Positions 1 to 11,030 of a stretch of 64,000 nt of DNA are shown here, one piece after another. Both the position numbers and the translations under genes were made by a program. Source of the stretch: Candidatus Omnitrophota bacterium (GTDB lineage Bacteria > Omnitrophota > Gorgyraeia > Gygaellales > Profunditerraquicolaceae). The notes beneath the pieces are model-generated. The model was given only the letters and a program-made list of their open reading frames with translations. It did no database searches and had not been told where the DNA came from. Where the stretch lies: NCBI GenBank assembly GCA_003598025.1, contig QZKH01000006.1, positions 247,930 through 311,929 on the forward strand, written 5' to 3'. Every line of letters begins with the position of its first letter. The stretch's first letter is position 1.

Positions 1-183
1 GCTATGATAATCGAAATGCATGCCGGCTTCTTAACAAAAGACCCTGATTCTGATAAATTTAGGATGTACAGGCTTTTAAAGGATAATGATTTCAATTTGT
101 TTTGGTTGAATGGGAATGTTTGGGAGGAAGCCCCCGTATTTAATAAGTGGCCGAGGCAATTTACTTTATTTGTCTCGAAATAA
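1..183 (+). CDS. 3' end of an upstream gene (partial, runs off window start); hydrophilic C-terminal fragment, function unknown
   Basis: Open frame from position 1 (frame 1) to TAA at 181-183. No recognisable motif; only the C-terminal 60 aa are visible. Confidence 0.3.
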   Translation, partial: AMIIEMHAGFLTKDPDSDKFRMYRLLKDNDFNLFWLNGNVWEEAPVFNKWPRQFTLFVSK

Positions 184-204
184 ATTAATAAAATATAAAT
201 AACC

Positions 205-1452
205 ATGAGCCGCTCGATTTGTATCATAACTCCGGATTATATTTCCTTGGCTCCCAGGGTAATAAAGGAAGCAGATTCCCTTGTGCAGGCAGGATATAAA
301 GTTAATGTCGTGTTTTCACAGGGGAATCTTAGAGGGCCGCGTATATTCGATGAAAAAATAATTGCCGAAAAAAGGTGGGATTGTAAGACAATAGGATGGT
401 CGCCATCGGTAAAAGGGGAAAAGCGGCTTTTTTGGAAATCAAGGTTGAGGTCTAAATTCTTAAAAACTTTGCCTTCTTTTTTTTGGAGTTTTGACAGCTT
501 CGCAGAGCAGGCAGAAGGCAGGGTATATAATGAGCTGCTTAAATCCGCGATTTCCGTATCAGCGGATATATATATAGGCCATTATCCGACAGGATTAGCA
601 TTGGCGGCAAACGCTGCTTATGTCCACGGTGCAAAATTCGGATACGATATAGCTGATCTGCATACAGAAGAGCAGCTTAAGAATGCAATGGGGTTGCGCC
701 AGACAGAAAGGATCAGGATTATTGAAAGCAAATATTTAAAAAGATGCTCGTTTTTTACTGCCTCTTCCGATCTGATTGCGCAGGGATTTTCGGAGAAGTA
801 TAGTTTGGCTCCCCCGGTTGTTTTATATAATGCTTTCCCTTATTCTGAAAGGGAGAATTTAGACGGCAGGATAATTGACCGCAGAGGAGAGGCGCTTTCT
901 TTGTATTGGTTTGCAAATGTTATTAGTTTAGACCGGGGATTACAGGATGCTATAAAAGCGGCAGGCCTGTTGAATAAGCCTGTACAGATCCATATCAGAG
1001 GCAATGTTTCGCAAGGCACTAAAAAGATTCTTTTATCTTTAGCTAAGGAGTGCAGGGTTGAGCAGAAGGTCTATTTCCATAATCAGGTCCCGCCTTCAGA
1101 GCTGATTTCCAGGGCTGCTGAGCATGATGTGGGATTATCGTTGGATTGCCAGGATACGCTTAACCGCGGCATAGCAATTCCTAATAAATTATTTATTTAT
1201 TTGATTTCCGGATTGTGTATCGCTGCTTCAGATACTCCGGGGCAGAAATATATATTCTCTAAGTCACCTGATATAGGTTTTATCTATAGGCAGGGCGATT
1301 ATAGGGCCCTGGCTTCATATTTAGAGCAAATGTGTTTAAATAACCAACTGCTTAAGTCGGCCAAAGAAGCATCTTTAGCTGCTGCCCGGGATACATGGAA
1401 TTGGGAAAACGAAAGCAGAAAATTGCTGGATAAAGTCAATTCTTTATTTTAA
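205..1452 (+). CDS. GT4-like glycosyltransferase (GT-B fold), EX7E motif replaced by N-x7-K
   Basis: The N-terminus 'ICIITPDYISLAPRVIKEADSL..GYKV' resembles a GT4 N-terminal domain. The C-terminal 'NRGIAIPNKLFIYLISGLCIAASD' aligns with the GT4 'EGFGxxxxEAMAxGxPVIASD' block but lacks both Glu residues. Confidence 0.5.
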   Translation: MSRSICIITPDYISLAPRVIKEADSLVQAGYKVNVVFSQGNLRGPRIFDEKIIAEKRWDCKTIGWSPSVKGEKRLFWKSRLRSKFLKTLPSFFWSFDSFAEQAEGRVYNELLKSAISVSADIYIGHYPTGLALAANAAYVHGAKFGYDIADLHTEEQLKNAMGLRQTERIRIIESKYLKRCSFFTASSDLIAQGFSEKYSLAPPVVLYNAFPYSERENLDGRIIDRRGEALSLYWFANVISLDRGLQDAIKAAGLLNKPVQIHIRGNVSQGTKKILLSLAKECRVEQKVYFHNQVPPSELISRAAEHDVGLSLDCQDTLNRGIAIPNKLFIYLISGLCIAASDTPGQKYIFSKSPDIGFIYRQGDYRALASYLEQMCLNNQLLKSAKEASLAAARDTWNWENESRKLLDKVNSLF

Positions 1453-1458
1453 GAGCTT

Positions 1459-2748
1459 ATGCCTAAAAATATAATAATTGTTGCTCCACATTTTCCACCA
1501 AGCAATATGACTGTCGGGCACAGGTGCCGTTATTTTGCTAATTACTTGTCTAAGCTGGGATGGAAGGTAAAAGTCTTATCAGTAAAAGCTGTTCATTATG
1601 AAGAGAGGCTGGATCCGGAGCTTGAAAAACTCCTCTTTCCAGAACTTGATATTATACGTACAAAAGCTTTTCCGGTCTTACCGTTGCACCTGATGGGTGA
1701 TATAGGCATAAGGGCTTTCTGGTGGCACTATCGTATACTATGTGATTTAGCCAAAAGAGGGGAGATCGGCCTGTTGCTGATAATCATCCCTCCTAATTAC
1801 TCGGCTTTATTAGGACCACTTATTTACCGCAAATTCAAAATCCCATATATAATTGATTATGTTGATCCGTGGATTTATAAATTGCCTCATTTTGGCTTAT
1901 CGTTTTTTAAAATGTGGCTATCCTGTAAACTCGCAGCTTTGCTTGAGCCTTTTGTCCTTAAAAATGTGAGCCTTATAACCTCCGTTGCTCCCGGGTATTA
2001 TAAGGGTATATTAGATCGTTATAAGTGGATAAAGCCCGATAAATGCCTGGCACTTCCTTACGGTGCAGACTTAAATGAGTTTAAATATCTTCAGGATAAC
2101 CCTCGGGCACCTTATTTGTTCAATCCTGGCGATGGCAAGTTGCATATTGTTTATGCGGGGGCTATGTTGCCCCATGCATATTCAACCCTGGAAGCATTTA
2201 TGGAGGCCCTGTTGCTTATAAAAAAGAACAACCCTTCTTTTTTTAACAGTATCAGTATAGATTGCATAGGCACAGGGAGGGTACCCAATAATTCCAATAG
2301 TTTTACCGTATCCAATATTGCAAAGCGTTATAACTTGCTGGATATAGTCCATGAATTTCCAGAAAGAATACCCTATCTAGATACGTTAAATCACTTAAAA
2401 TATTCATTTGCAGTCTTAATCATAGGTTCTTCAGAGCCGCACTATACTCCTTCAAAGATCTTTCAGGCAATCCTTTCAGGCAGACCGGTTTTGGGCCTAT
2501 TGCATTCCATGAGCACGGGGATTGATGTTATAAGAGATGCCGATGCCGGAGAAGTTATCACTTTTGACGATGACGACCCGGTAAGTAATAAAATCGGTAA
2601 AATCGCCGATTCAATTATAAGTTTAATCAATCAGCGTCGTAACACAGAGGTCAGCAAAAAGTTCCTTTCAAATTATTCTACAGAGGATATTATAACCAGG
2701 TTCTCCGGGAAATTTAAGGAAATATTAAATGGTAAAAATGATAAATAA
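1459..2748 (+). CDS. GT4-like glycosyltransferase (variant E-x7-K motif)
   Basis: The N-terminus 'NIIIVAPHFPPSNMTVGHRCRYFANYLSKLGWKV' and the C-terminal 'SEPHYTPSKIFQAILSGRPVLG' have GT-B / GT4-like architecture. Confidence 0.5.
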   Translation: MPKNIIIVAPHFPPSNMTVGHRCRYFANYLSKLGWKVKVLSVKAVHYEERLDPELEKLLFPELDIIRTKAFPVLPLHLMGDIGIRAFWWHYRILCDLAKRGEIGLLLIIIPPNYSALLGPLIYRKFKIPYIIDYVDPWIYKLPHFGLSFFKMWLSCKLAALLEPFVLKNVSLITSVAPGYYKGILDRYKWIKPDKCLALPYGADLNEFKYLQDNPRAPYLFNPGDGKLHIVYAGAMLPHAYSTLEAFMEALLLIKKNNPSFFNSISIDCIGTGRVPNNSNSFTVSNIAKRYNLLDIVHEFPERIPYLDTLNHLKYSFAVLIIGSSEPHYTPSKIFQAILSGRPVLGLLHSMSTGIDVIRDADAGEVITFDDDDPVSNKIGKIADSIISLINQRRNTEVSKKFLSNYSTEDIITRFSGKFKEILNGKNDK

Positions 2749-3934
2749 GGGGAAAAAACCGAAACCAAGAGTATTAGTTTGTTGCGGGGATATGGTTTTT
2801 AAAGGCGGATTAGAAAGGATGACGTTTGAAGTTATGAGAGCCCTGAAAGAAAAAGGCGCCATAATCCATTGTATTGTGAATTCATGGGAGAACCATGTAA
2901 TTATTGAGTCCATAAATGAGCTCGGCTTACCATATTCTTTAGGATATAATAAAGCAGAACTTACGCGCCGGCCTAGAAATATATTGATTGCCATGCATAT
3001 GTTTTTTGATGTTATCATAAATAGCATCTTGCTGTTACTTGTCAGCCTTAAGTTCAGGCCGACGCATATTTTAATCCCGGAATATATTAGCTTACTAAGG
3101 AATATGCCAGGGATAATTATATTGCGTATTTTTAAAGCCAGGATTGTAGTGAGAATAGCCAATCCGCCTGTTTATGGCGGAAGTAAATTTTATACTAAGT
3201 TATGGCAATTCATGGTAAATCCTTTTGTTGATCGCTATCTTAGTAATTCAGAGTATACAAAAAATGCAGTATTAAAAATGGGGATTAAAGAAGATAAGGT
3301 TAAGAGGATTTATAATTGTGTGCCGAAGAGGAAGAGCATTGTTTTAACTCCGGCAAAGAAAGATTTCAATAAGATAATATTTGTCGGCCAGATCATACCT
3401 GAAAAAGGCTTGGACCTTTTGTTTGATGCCGTAATTTTATTAAAAGAACAGGGTTTGAATGTTACTCTTGATATTATCGGCCAGATGGAAGGATGGGTTT
3501 CTCCTTCCTATGTCGGATATAGGGAGGATTTATTGAAACGGGCAGCCGAGCCGTATTTGAAGGATATTGTCAGATTCTTAGGGTGGCAAGAAGACGTCCA
3601 GTCTTTTCTTATGCAGTCTGCAATACATTGTTGCCCATCCCGATACGAACAACACGAAGGTTTTGGCATTGTTTGTATTGAAGCTAAAAACGCGGGTATC
3701 CCTTCTGTGGTAACTCCTTCCGGAGCGCTGCCGGAACTCATTTCACACAAACAGGATGGCTGGCTTTGTATTGATTTCTCTGCCTCGGAGATAGCAAATG
3801 GATTAAAATATTTTTTAGAAGACAAAGAACGTTTGATAGAGGCCGGGCGCCAGGCAAAACTTTCTCTTTCAAGATTCAGTTACGAGAAATTTGCAGAAGA
3901 GCACCAGAGAGAATTTGAGCTGGAGGATAAATAA
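2729..3934 (+). CDS. Glycosyltransferase family 4 (group 1)
   Basis: Canonical 'EGFGIVCIEAKNAGIPSVVTPSGALPELI' EX7E block. The start may be the downstream Met (MINKG...), overlapping the previous gene. Confidence 0.75.
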   Translation: MVKMINKGKKPKPRVLVCCGDMVFKGGLERMTFEVMRALKEKGAIIHCIVNSWENHVIIESINELGLPYSLGYNKAELTRRPRNILIAMHMFFDVIINSILLLLVSLKFRPTHILIPEYISLLRNMPGIIILRIFKARIVVRIANPPVYGGSKFYTKLWQFMVNPFVDRYLSNSEYTKNAVLKMGIKEDKVKRIYNCVPKRKSIVLTPAKKDFNKIIFVGQIIPEKGLDLLFDAVILLKEQGLNVTLDIIGQMEGWVSPSYVGYREDLLKRAAEPYLKDIVRFLGWQEDVQSFLMQSAIHCCPSRYEQHEGFGIVCIEAKNAGIPSVVTPSGALPELISHKQDGWLCIDFSASEIANGLKYFLEDKERLIEAGRQAKLSLSRFSYEKFAEEHQREFELEDK

Positions 3935-3937
3935 ATA

Positions 3938-5128
3938 GTGGGATATAAAGTAGGCATAATTTTAAGCCATCCGATCCAATATTACAGCCCATGGTTTAGG
4001 TATCTTTCTAAACAGTTGGATATAGAAGTTTTTTATGCCCATAATCAGAGCAGCATTGATAACGCTTCTTCAGGATTCAAGACTGAATTCCAATGGGATA
4101 TTGATTTATTTGATGGTTATAAATATCGTTGGCTTAATAATATTGCCCGCAAGCCAGGTATCAATAGTTTTTTTGGCTGTGATACACCGGAAATAGATGA
4201 AATAATTAAAAGAAGCAAATTCGATGCATTCCTGGTTTGCGGTTGGAATTATAAAGCTTATATACAGGCGATAATTGCTTCTAAGAAGAATAATGTGCCG
4301 GTAATCATCAGAGGTGATTCAAACCTGATATCTGGCCGGTCACACATTATCAATATAGCGAGATTTATTCCTTACAGGATACTTTTACCGCTCATAGATG
4401 CCTATCTTTACGTAGGTAAGTTGAATAAAGAATACCTGTTGTATTACGGCGTAGATCAGAAGAAGATATTTTTCTCTCCCCATTTTATAGATAATGAATT
4501 ATTTACAAGATCAGCGCAAGAGGCAATTGACTCCGGCAGGGCCGCAGATTTAAGAGGGGAGTTAGGAATAAGTAACGATTCGTTTGTGTTTTTATTCGCA
4601 GGAAAATTACTTGAGCGCAAAAGGCCACAGGATTTTATCATGGCTTTTATGGAATTGATTAATAAGAGAGATGATAACAAGATTCATGCGATAATAGCGG
4701 GTGATGGGCCGTTAAGGAGAGAGTTAGAGCTTTTGTCAAAGCGCCATTCCTCCTGTATCCACTTTTTGGGATTTTGCAACCAGAGTAAAATGCCGGCAAT
4801 ATATAAAAGCTCGAATATATTGGTTCTGCCGTCAATATTTGGCGAAACGTGGGGGTTGGTTGTGAACGAAGCTTTCGCCTGCGGTATACCTGCGATAGTA
4901 AGCGATAGGTGCGGGTGTGCACCTGACCTTATTGATGAAGGAGTTACCGGTTTTACCTTTAAGGCAGGAGACAGGGACTCTTTATGTGAAATAATGAGTT
5001 TGGCCAGAGATTGTTATCATGCGAGGAATTTCGTAGAGCCTTTAGGCGCCAAACTAAAAAATTATTCGTTAGAAAAAGCAAGTATCGGCTTTTTGGAAGC
5101 TTTGGGCGCAACCCATAACAAAGGATAG
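3938..5128 (+). CDS. Glycosyltransferase family 4
   Basis: 'GETWGLVVNEAFACGIPAIVSDRCGCAPDLIDEGVTGF' is a GT4 C-terminal signature. Confidence 0.75.
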   Translation: MGYKVGIILSHPIQYYSPWFRYLSKQLDIEVFYAHNQSSIDNASSGFKTEFQWDIDLFDGYKYRWLNNIARKPGINSFFGCDTPEIDEIIKRSKFDAFLVCGWNYKAYIQAIIASKKNNVPVIIRGDSNLISGRSHIINIARFIPYRILLPLIDAYLYVGKLNKEYLLYYGVDQKKIFFSPHFIDNELFTRSAQEAIDSGRAADLRGELGISNDSFVFLFAGKLLERKRPQDFIMAFMELINKRDDNKIHAIIAGDGPLRRELELLSKRHSSCIHFLGFCNQSKMPAIYKSSNILVLPSIFGETWGLVVNEAFACGIPAIVSDRCGCAPDLIDEGVTGFTFKAGDRDSLCEIMSLARDCYHARNFVEPLGAKLKNYSLEKASIGFLEALGATHNKG

Positions 5129-5132
5129 GCAT

Positions 5133-6620
5133 ATGTTCGGCACTAATATCGAGGAGAAAACAGCTGATTTTACAAGCGGTGAAAATTTGTATCCACTGCA
5201 GAAGAAATTCACATTAGCAGGATTGGTATTCGGCATTGTGTCCGGAGCAGTTTCTTTTAATCTCCTTGTTGGGTTATCAACTTTTGTATTGTTTTTTGGT
5301 GTGGGCTGGCTATGGAGGAGGAGAGAGCCGCCAATTTTGGTCGCTTGTTTTATTTCACACTGGATTTGGGCAACAATAGGTTATTTTTATAAAATCGGTA
5401 AAGGAGAATATCCGGCTTTTCCTTTTGCGACAAATATCGAGAAAGCAGTTTTACTTTCGTTGGCAGGCTTGATTTGTGTTGTTATGGGTATACGTTTTAC
5501 ACTGCATTTATTGAAGCCCAGATTAGTATTTAATTGGAGAAAAATAGAGGCGTTAAATATACGGTACTCCGTACAGAGGTTGTTCTGGATAGTTATCTTT
5601 TTCTTTTCCATAAATTGGTTTATGGAGATATTTCCTATGGGTATGATCTATAATGCTGCCCAGCTGATTATGAACCTCTTCCTTTTTAGGGAATTGTTCT
5701 TTTTTATGCTGCTTTTGGCAATACTGAACCAAAGAGAAGGATTTAAATACGGGGTAATCGTTTTTTTGTATGTATTATTGCCCAAATTTATATCTTATTT
5801 TTCCGGCTTTAAGGAAATATTCCTTCTTTTGATTATCGCTTTTTTGAGCCGCGGGCAAAGGGATGAGACTTCTGAAAAAGAAAAAAAGTTTGACCGTAAA
5901 GTAATGGTTGTTTCGGTTATATTTATTATAATTGTATATTTCTTTGGCTTGGCATGGGAAGGCGCAATAAAGCCGGTTTGGAGGCCGGCTATAAAATCAG
6001 GGATGGTAAAGGGCACACCGGTTGATAAATTAAGAGAATTTTCTTCCGTAGTTGTACAAACGGTTCCGAAACTTGATTTAGCAAAGTCAACAGATAGTCT
6101 TGCTATCAGACTGGCTTCACCATTGGGATATTTTTCGTATGTATTATTAAGAGTGCCAAATATGATTCCTCATGAAAACGGCGCATTAACTTTAAGGGCT
6201 TGGAACCATATGATAAGACCCCGGATCCTTTTCCCGGAGAAGGAAGGCCTGGGTTCACATTCTTGGTTAATCAGAAAATATGCAGGATTTAATGTAGCCG
6301 GGCTTGAGAGAGAAACCACTATAGCATTGGGATATATTCCCCAGTTATATATTGATTATGGAAGCTACGGCATGCTGTTAGCGGTATTTTTGTTAGGGAT
6401 GTTGTTGGGCTTTGTTTATGCCTTAATCCTGATGTTCTCACAGAGCTACTATATATTCAGCTCAGCTGTTACGGTTGTTTTTATGAGAAACTATTTATAT
6501 TACGAAACAGAACTGGCGTTTTTGCTTGGCAGCCTTTTTACAACTACGATAGTATTTATGGGTTTGATCATATTAACCGGAGCCTGGTTTGATAAAAGGC
6601 TTACTGTCAGACAAACATAG
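5133..6620 (+). CDS. Polytopic membrane protein, Wzy-like repeat-unit polymerase / O-antigen-ligase-like
   Basis: 495 aa with about 10-12 hydrophobic helices plus a large hydrophilic loop near the C-terminus. It is embedded in the glycosyltransferase cluster. There is no enzymatic motif, so the assignment rests on context. Confidence 0.45.
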   Translation: MFGTNIEEKTADFTSGENLYPLQKKFTLAGLVFGIVSGAVSFNLLVGLSTFVLFFGVGWLWRRREPPILVACFISHWIWATIGYFYKIGKGEYPAFPFATNIEKAVLLSLAGLICVVMGIRFTLHLLKPRLVFNWRKIEALNIRYSVQRLFWIVIFFFSINWFMEIFPMGMIYNAAQLIMNLFLFRELFFFMLLLAILNQREGFKYGVIVFLYVLLPKFISYFSGFKEIFLLLIIAFLSRGQRDETSEKEKKFDRKVMVVSVIFIIIVYFFGLAWEGAIKPVWRPAIKSGMVKGTPVDKLREFSSVVVQTVPKLDLAKSTDSLAIRLASPLGYFSYVLLRVPNMIPHENGALTLRAWNHMIRPRILFPEKEGLGSHSWLIRKYAGFNVAGLERETTIALGYIPQLYIDYGSYGMLLAVFLLGMLLGFVYALILMFSQSYYIFSSAVTVVFMRNYLYYETELAFLLGSLFTTTIVFMGLIILTGAWFDKRLTVRQT

Positions 6621-6635
6621 AAAACCTGGGATTTT

Positions 6636-7838
6636 ATGAAGATACTGTGTATAAGTCCGTATTATTTTCCGGCCCTAAATTTCGGCGGACCAATAAATTC
6701 TCTGCATGGCCTTAATGCCGCGATGGTTAAGAAAGGCATAGATATTACTGTTTACACGACTAATGTAGGATTAAGCAACATACCCAAAGGATATGTAAGC
6801 GATGCAGTTATTGACGGAGTCAAGGTAAGGTATTTTAATTTCAAGCGTGCTTTAGAATTTGTCGGCAGCAGGGGCTGGCAGTACTCCCCAGAATTAAAAA
6901 AGGAATTATTGAAGAATATAAATGGATTCGATATCGTTTATATTATAGCATTATGGTCTTATCCTTCGAGTATCGCTGCATATTATTGCCGCAGGTTAAA
7001 GAAGCCGTATATTATTTCTCCGCGCGGCATGCTTTATTCTGAGGCATTGAGGATACAATCTATTAAAAAGAGACTATATTATTGGCTTATGAAGGATAAT
7101 ATACATGGCGCCAGCGCAATCCATTATACAAGCGAACATGAAAGAGATAGTTGTCATGATAGATTGAATTTTAGAAATAAAGCCATAGTGGTTCCTAACG
7201 GTATTGATATAAAAGGAGCCGAAATAAAGCAGGCCTTAGATAACGATAATTTCATACCGGACATTAAAAATAAGCGGCCTATACTTTTTATGGCCCGGAT
7301 CAACAAAGTTAAGGGCCTTGATATGCTGATAAAAGCCTTTGCGTTGGTTTTAAGGGACGTGGGCAATGCCCATCTGGTTATTGCCGGAAGTGCAGAAGGA
7401 AAGTATTTTAATTCGGTAAAGAAGTTGGTAACAAAGCTTAATTTGAATGGTAAAGTAACTTATTTAGATTTTTTGAAAGAGGAATCCAAGAAGGCAGCTT
7501 ATCTTTCAAGTGAAGTATTCGTCCTGCCATCCCGGTTTGAAAGTTTTGGCATGAGCGCGGTTGAAGCAATGGCTTTAGGTGTCCCGGTAGTATTGACAGA
7601 TAAAGTCGGCATAAGCAGCGAAGCTCAAAAATATGGGGCAGCAGTTGTTGTCCCTGCTACAGAAAGTGAGCTTTATAAGGGGATTAAGTCTCTGTTGGAA
7701 AATAGAGAATTTGCAGCTGAGGTTGGCGCTAATGCTAAAAGGTTTGTAGCAGCAAGATATAGTATCGATAATGTTGCCCAAAAGATGATAGAAGAATTTG
7801 ATTCGGTATTGGGTAAAACTGATTGTAAAATATGTTAA
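6636..7838 (+). CDS. Glycosyltransferase family 4
   Basis: 'SRFESFGMSAVEAMALGVPVVLTD' EX7E motif. Confidence 0.75.
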   Translation: MKILCISPYYFPALNFGGPINSLHGLNAAMVKKGIDITVYTTNVGLSNIPKGYVSDAVIDGVKVRYFNFKRALEFVGSRGWQYSPELKKELLKNINGFDIVYIIALWSYPSSIAAYYCRRLKKPYIISPRGMLYSEALRIQSIKKRLYYWLMKDNIHGASAIHYTSEHERDSCHDRLNFRNKAIVVPNGIDIKGAEIKQALDNDNFIPDIKNKRPILFMARINKVKGLDMLIKAFALVLRDVGNAHLVIAGSAEGKYFNSVKKLVTKLNLNGKVTYLDFLKEESKKAAYLSSEVFVLPSRFESFGMSAVEAMALGVPVVLTDKVGISSEAQKYGAAVVVPATESELYKGIKSLLENREFAAEVGANAKRFVAARYSIDNVAQKMIEEFDSVLGKTDCKIC

Positions 7839-9577
7839 TACTTGGTATCAATGCTTATCATCCGGATTCTTCCGCCTGTATTCTTAAGGACGGCAAGCTT
7901 ATAGCAGCGGTAGAGGAAGAGAGGTTCCTGCGTATTAAGCATTGGGCTGGATTTCCTTTTGAATCTATCAAATACTGCCTTAACAGTGCGGAGGCAGGCC
8001 TGCAGGATATTGACCATATAGCCGTATCCAGGGACCCGATGGCAAAAGCCGTTAATAAGGCTTTGTTTGTCCTGAAGAACAGGATAAATTGGCACCTGTT
8101 GAATTCAAGGCTCAATAATTTATTAAAGATTAATAAAATCGGGGATGAGTTAAGCTCAAAGTTTAAGCTTCCAAAGCGGAGGTTAAAGGCAAGGTTTCAT
8201 TATATTGAACACCACAGGTCACATTTAGCCAGTACATATTTAGTATCGCCTTTTAACGACTCCGCTATTGTTTCAGTGGACGGATTCGGAGATTTCTCAA
8301 GCTGCATGGCAGCAACCGGCCAGGGTAACAAAATAAAAGTAATTTACAGCATTGATTATCCTCATTCCCTGGGAATATTTTATACGGCCATAACTCAATT
8401 CCTGGGTTTTAATAAGTTTGGCGATGAATATAAAATCATGGGGCTCTCTGCCTATGGTCAGCCGAAATATATGAATCAACTCGGTAAGATCCTGCTAATT
8501 AAACCGTCTGGAAGTTTTAAGCTAAACCTGGATTATTTTTCTTTCTATAAATCCGGAACGGCTATGCTTTGGGATAATACGGAGCCTAAACTTGGACTAT
8601 TGTACTCTGAGAAGATGATTGAAGAGTTTGGCAGCGCGCGTAATCCTGATGGCCAGATAACTCCTTTTTATTGCGATATTGCCTGTTCTCTGCAAAAAGC
8701 TTATGAAAATGTTTTTTTTCATATTTTAAATTATGTTTACGAAGTAAGTAAAAACCCCCGCCTTTGCCTCGCTGGAGGATGCGCTTTAAACAGCCTGGCT
8801 AATGGCAAGATATTTGAAAATACTCCTTTTAAAGAAGTATATATCCAGCCTGCTTCCTCAGACGCAGGAGGGGCGCTGGGCGCAGCTTATTATGTGTATA
8901 ATAATTTATTAAACGAAGAGAGAAACTTTATTATGGATAACGCATATTGGGGCCCAATATTCAGCGATGGCCAGTTATCCGAGGAAATAAAGAAATATTC
9001 AAACCAGCTTGAATCCTTAAACTGCTTGGTAACGCGTCATCAGGATGACCTGTTTTCTGTTACAGCTTCTTTGATCGCAGAAGGTAAGGTGGTCGGATGG
9101 TTCCAGGGCAGAATGGAGTGGGGGCCGCGTGCGCTGGGAAACAGAAGTATACTGGCAGACCCGCGCAGGCAGGAGATAAAAGATATTCTTAATGCACGGA
9201 TAAAACGCAGAGAATGGTTCAGGCCATTTGCTCCAGCCATATTGGAAGAGAAAATCCCGGAGTTTTTTGATGTGGATTACCCCGAACCCTTTATGCTAAA
9301 GGTCTATAATGTGAAAGAGGAAAAAAAGGGTTTGATACCGGCAGTAACTCATGTTGACGGAACTGCGCGCTTACAAAGCGTCAATGAAAAGCAAAACCCT
9401 TATTTTTGGAAATTGATAAAAGCTTTTTATGAGAAAACCTCTATTCCTGTATTGCTTAATACTTCATTCAACGAAAACGAGCCGATAGTCTGTACGCCAG
9501 CTGAGGCGCTTGATTGCTTTATCAGGACGAAGATGGATGCGCTTGTATTGGGTAACTATATAATTAATAAGCCTTAA
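7832..9577 (+). CDS. Carbamoyltransferase, NodU/CmcH family
   Basis: The N-terminus 'MLILGINAYHPDSSACILKDGKLIAAVEEERFLRIKHWAGFP' is the Carbam_trans_N (ASKHA-like) signature. The length of about 580 aa is typical. Confidence 0.8.
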   Translation: MLILGINAYHPDSSACILKDGKLIAAVEEERFLRIKHWAGFPFESIKYCLNSAEAGLQDIDHIAVSRDPMAKAVNKALFVLKNRINWHLLNSRLNNLLKINKIGDELSSKFKLPKRRLKARFHYIEHHRSHLASTYLVSPFNDSAIVSVDGFGDFSSCMAATGQGNKIKVIYSIDYPHSLGIFYTAITQFLGFNKFGDEYKIMGLSAYGQPKYMNQLGKILLIKPSGSFKLNLDYFSFYKSGTAMLWDNTEPKLGLLYSEKMIEEFGSARNPDGQITPFYCDIACSLQKAYENVFFHILNYVYEVSKNPRLCLAGGCALNSLANGKIFENTPFKEVYIQPASSDAGGALGAAYYVYNNLLNEERNFIMDNAYWGPIFSDGQLSEEIKKYSNQLESLNCLVTRHQDDLFSVTASLIAEGKVVGWFQGRMEWGPRALGNRSILADPRRQEIKDILNARIKRREWFRPFAPAILEEKIPEFFDVDYPEPFMLKVYNVKEEKKGLIPAVTHVDGTARLQSVNEKQNPYFWKLIKAFYEKTSIPVLLNTSFNENEPIVCTPAEALDCFIRTKMDALVLGNYIINKP

Positions 9578-9590
9578 ACTCGCGATTAGT

Positions 9591-11030
9591 ATGAAAGTAA
9601 CTTTTTTGGATTTACCTAATTTTCTGGGAAGACAGAATGTGGAGAGGGTTTTTGGGTGCACGTATACCCTTTATCCTATGCCCAACATATTTTCTTTGCT
9701 GAATGCGGCAATAATCAGAGATTCTGGTATTAAGGTAAGGTACATAGATATGGCCAATGAGGGATGGAAATTAAAGAAGTTTACCCGGTTTATTAATAAT
9801 GATGATAGCGATGCCTATGTATTTCATTCCGTAAATCTTTCTGTTAAATCCGATATATTTGCCCATTCTTTGATTAGAAGAGAAAAACCGTCTGTGGCTT
9901 TGATTTATACCGGTCCGGCACCTACGTATTTTACTGGCAGTTTTCTGACAGATAATAATACATTTGTGGTAAGGGGAGAGAGTGATTATACCTTAAGGGA
10001 TTTAGTCTTGCGCCTAGAGAATCGGCAAAAGGTGTTCGGCGGTTTAAACGGAATATCCTATCTAGATGGGGGTAATATTATAAATAATCCTATGCGTCCC
10101 TTGATAGATGATTTAGATGCTCTGCCTTTCCCAGCCAGGGACCTCCTGAACAATAATCTGTATTATAACCCTAAGCTGGATAGGCGGCCGTTTACTGCCA
10201 TGCAGACTTCCAGGAATTGTTCCTACAGGTGTAGTTTTTGCGTGCCTAATTCTTTTAATTTTGCAAGGGAACTGGAACACAAAAAATTCAACGCCAATCT
10301 TAAACCCCCGGTTAGGGTCCGTTCGGCAGCAAATGTAATACAGGAATTCAGGCTGCTTAAAGACCAGGGGTATAAGGCGGTAAGCATAATAGATGACCAG
10401 TTTCTTTGGCAGGAAGAGAGGACTGTGTCTATATGCCGGGGTATCAGGGAATTGGGTATTGAATGGGGGTGCCTGGCCAGGGCTGATCATATTAGCGATA
10501 AAATCGCTGAAGAATTGAGACTGGCAGGCTTAAAATATATAGATTTAGGCATAGAATCGTTTAACCAGAATGTTCTTAATGATGTCTGTAAGGACCTGGA
10601 TGTGGAAAGAGCTTATCAGGCAATTGATATTTTAAAAAGTCGCGGTATACTTGTAAAGATCAACCTGATATTGGGCATTTCACCTTTACAGGATAAAGCT
10701 GTTATATTGGATGATATTGCCAGGGCAAGAAAAATAGGTGTTGATGCTGTTATGTTTTCTATAGCTACGCCTTTCCCGGGTACGGTATTTTTTGAGAGGG
10801 CAAAGCTTAACCGGTGGATTGTTAATAAAGAGTACAGGCCGGAAAGTGTGCAGTCTAAGGCAATAATAGATTATCCAGGCCTGACACACAAGGAGCTGGA
10901 TAGCCTTGTAAGGAAGGCAAACTTATCATTTTATTTTGCACCCAAGTTTATATTGAAGAACATTAAAAGAATATTCAGCCCATTAAGTCTTTATCGGGGC
11001 ATACTTGCTTTAAAAAGAAAGTTTTTATAA
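9591..11030 (+). CDS. B12-binding-domain radical SAM enzyme (class B-like)
   Basis: An N-terminal B12-binding-like Rossmann region, then 'CSYRCSFCVPN', a Cx3Cx2C radical SAM cluster motif. Confidence 0.75.
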   Translation: MKVTFLDLPNFLGRQNVERVFGCTYTLYPMPNIFSLLNAAIIRDSGIKVRYIDMANEGWKLKKFTRFINNDDSDAYVFHSVNLSVKSDIFAHSLIRREKPSVALIYTGPAPTYFTGSFLTDNNTFVVRGESDYTLRDLVLRLENRQKVFGGLNGISYLDGGNIINNPMRPLIDDLDALPFPARDLLNNNLYYNPKLDRRPFTAMQTSRNCSYRCSFCVPNSFNFARELEHKKFNANLKPPVRVRSAANVIQEFRLLKDQGYKAVSIIDDQFLWQEERTVSICRGIRELGIEWGCLARADHISDKIAEELRLAGLKYIDLGIESFNQNVLNDVCKDLDVERAYQAIDILKSRGILVKINLILGISPLQDKAVILDDIARARKIGVDAVMFSIATPFPGTVFFERAKLNRWIVNKEYRPESVQSKAIIDYPGLTHKELDSLVRKANLSFYFAPKFILKNIKRIFSPLSLYRGILALKRKFL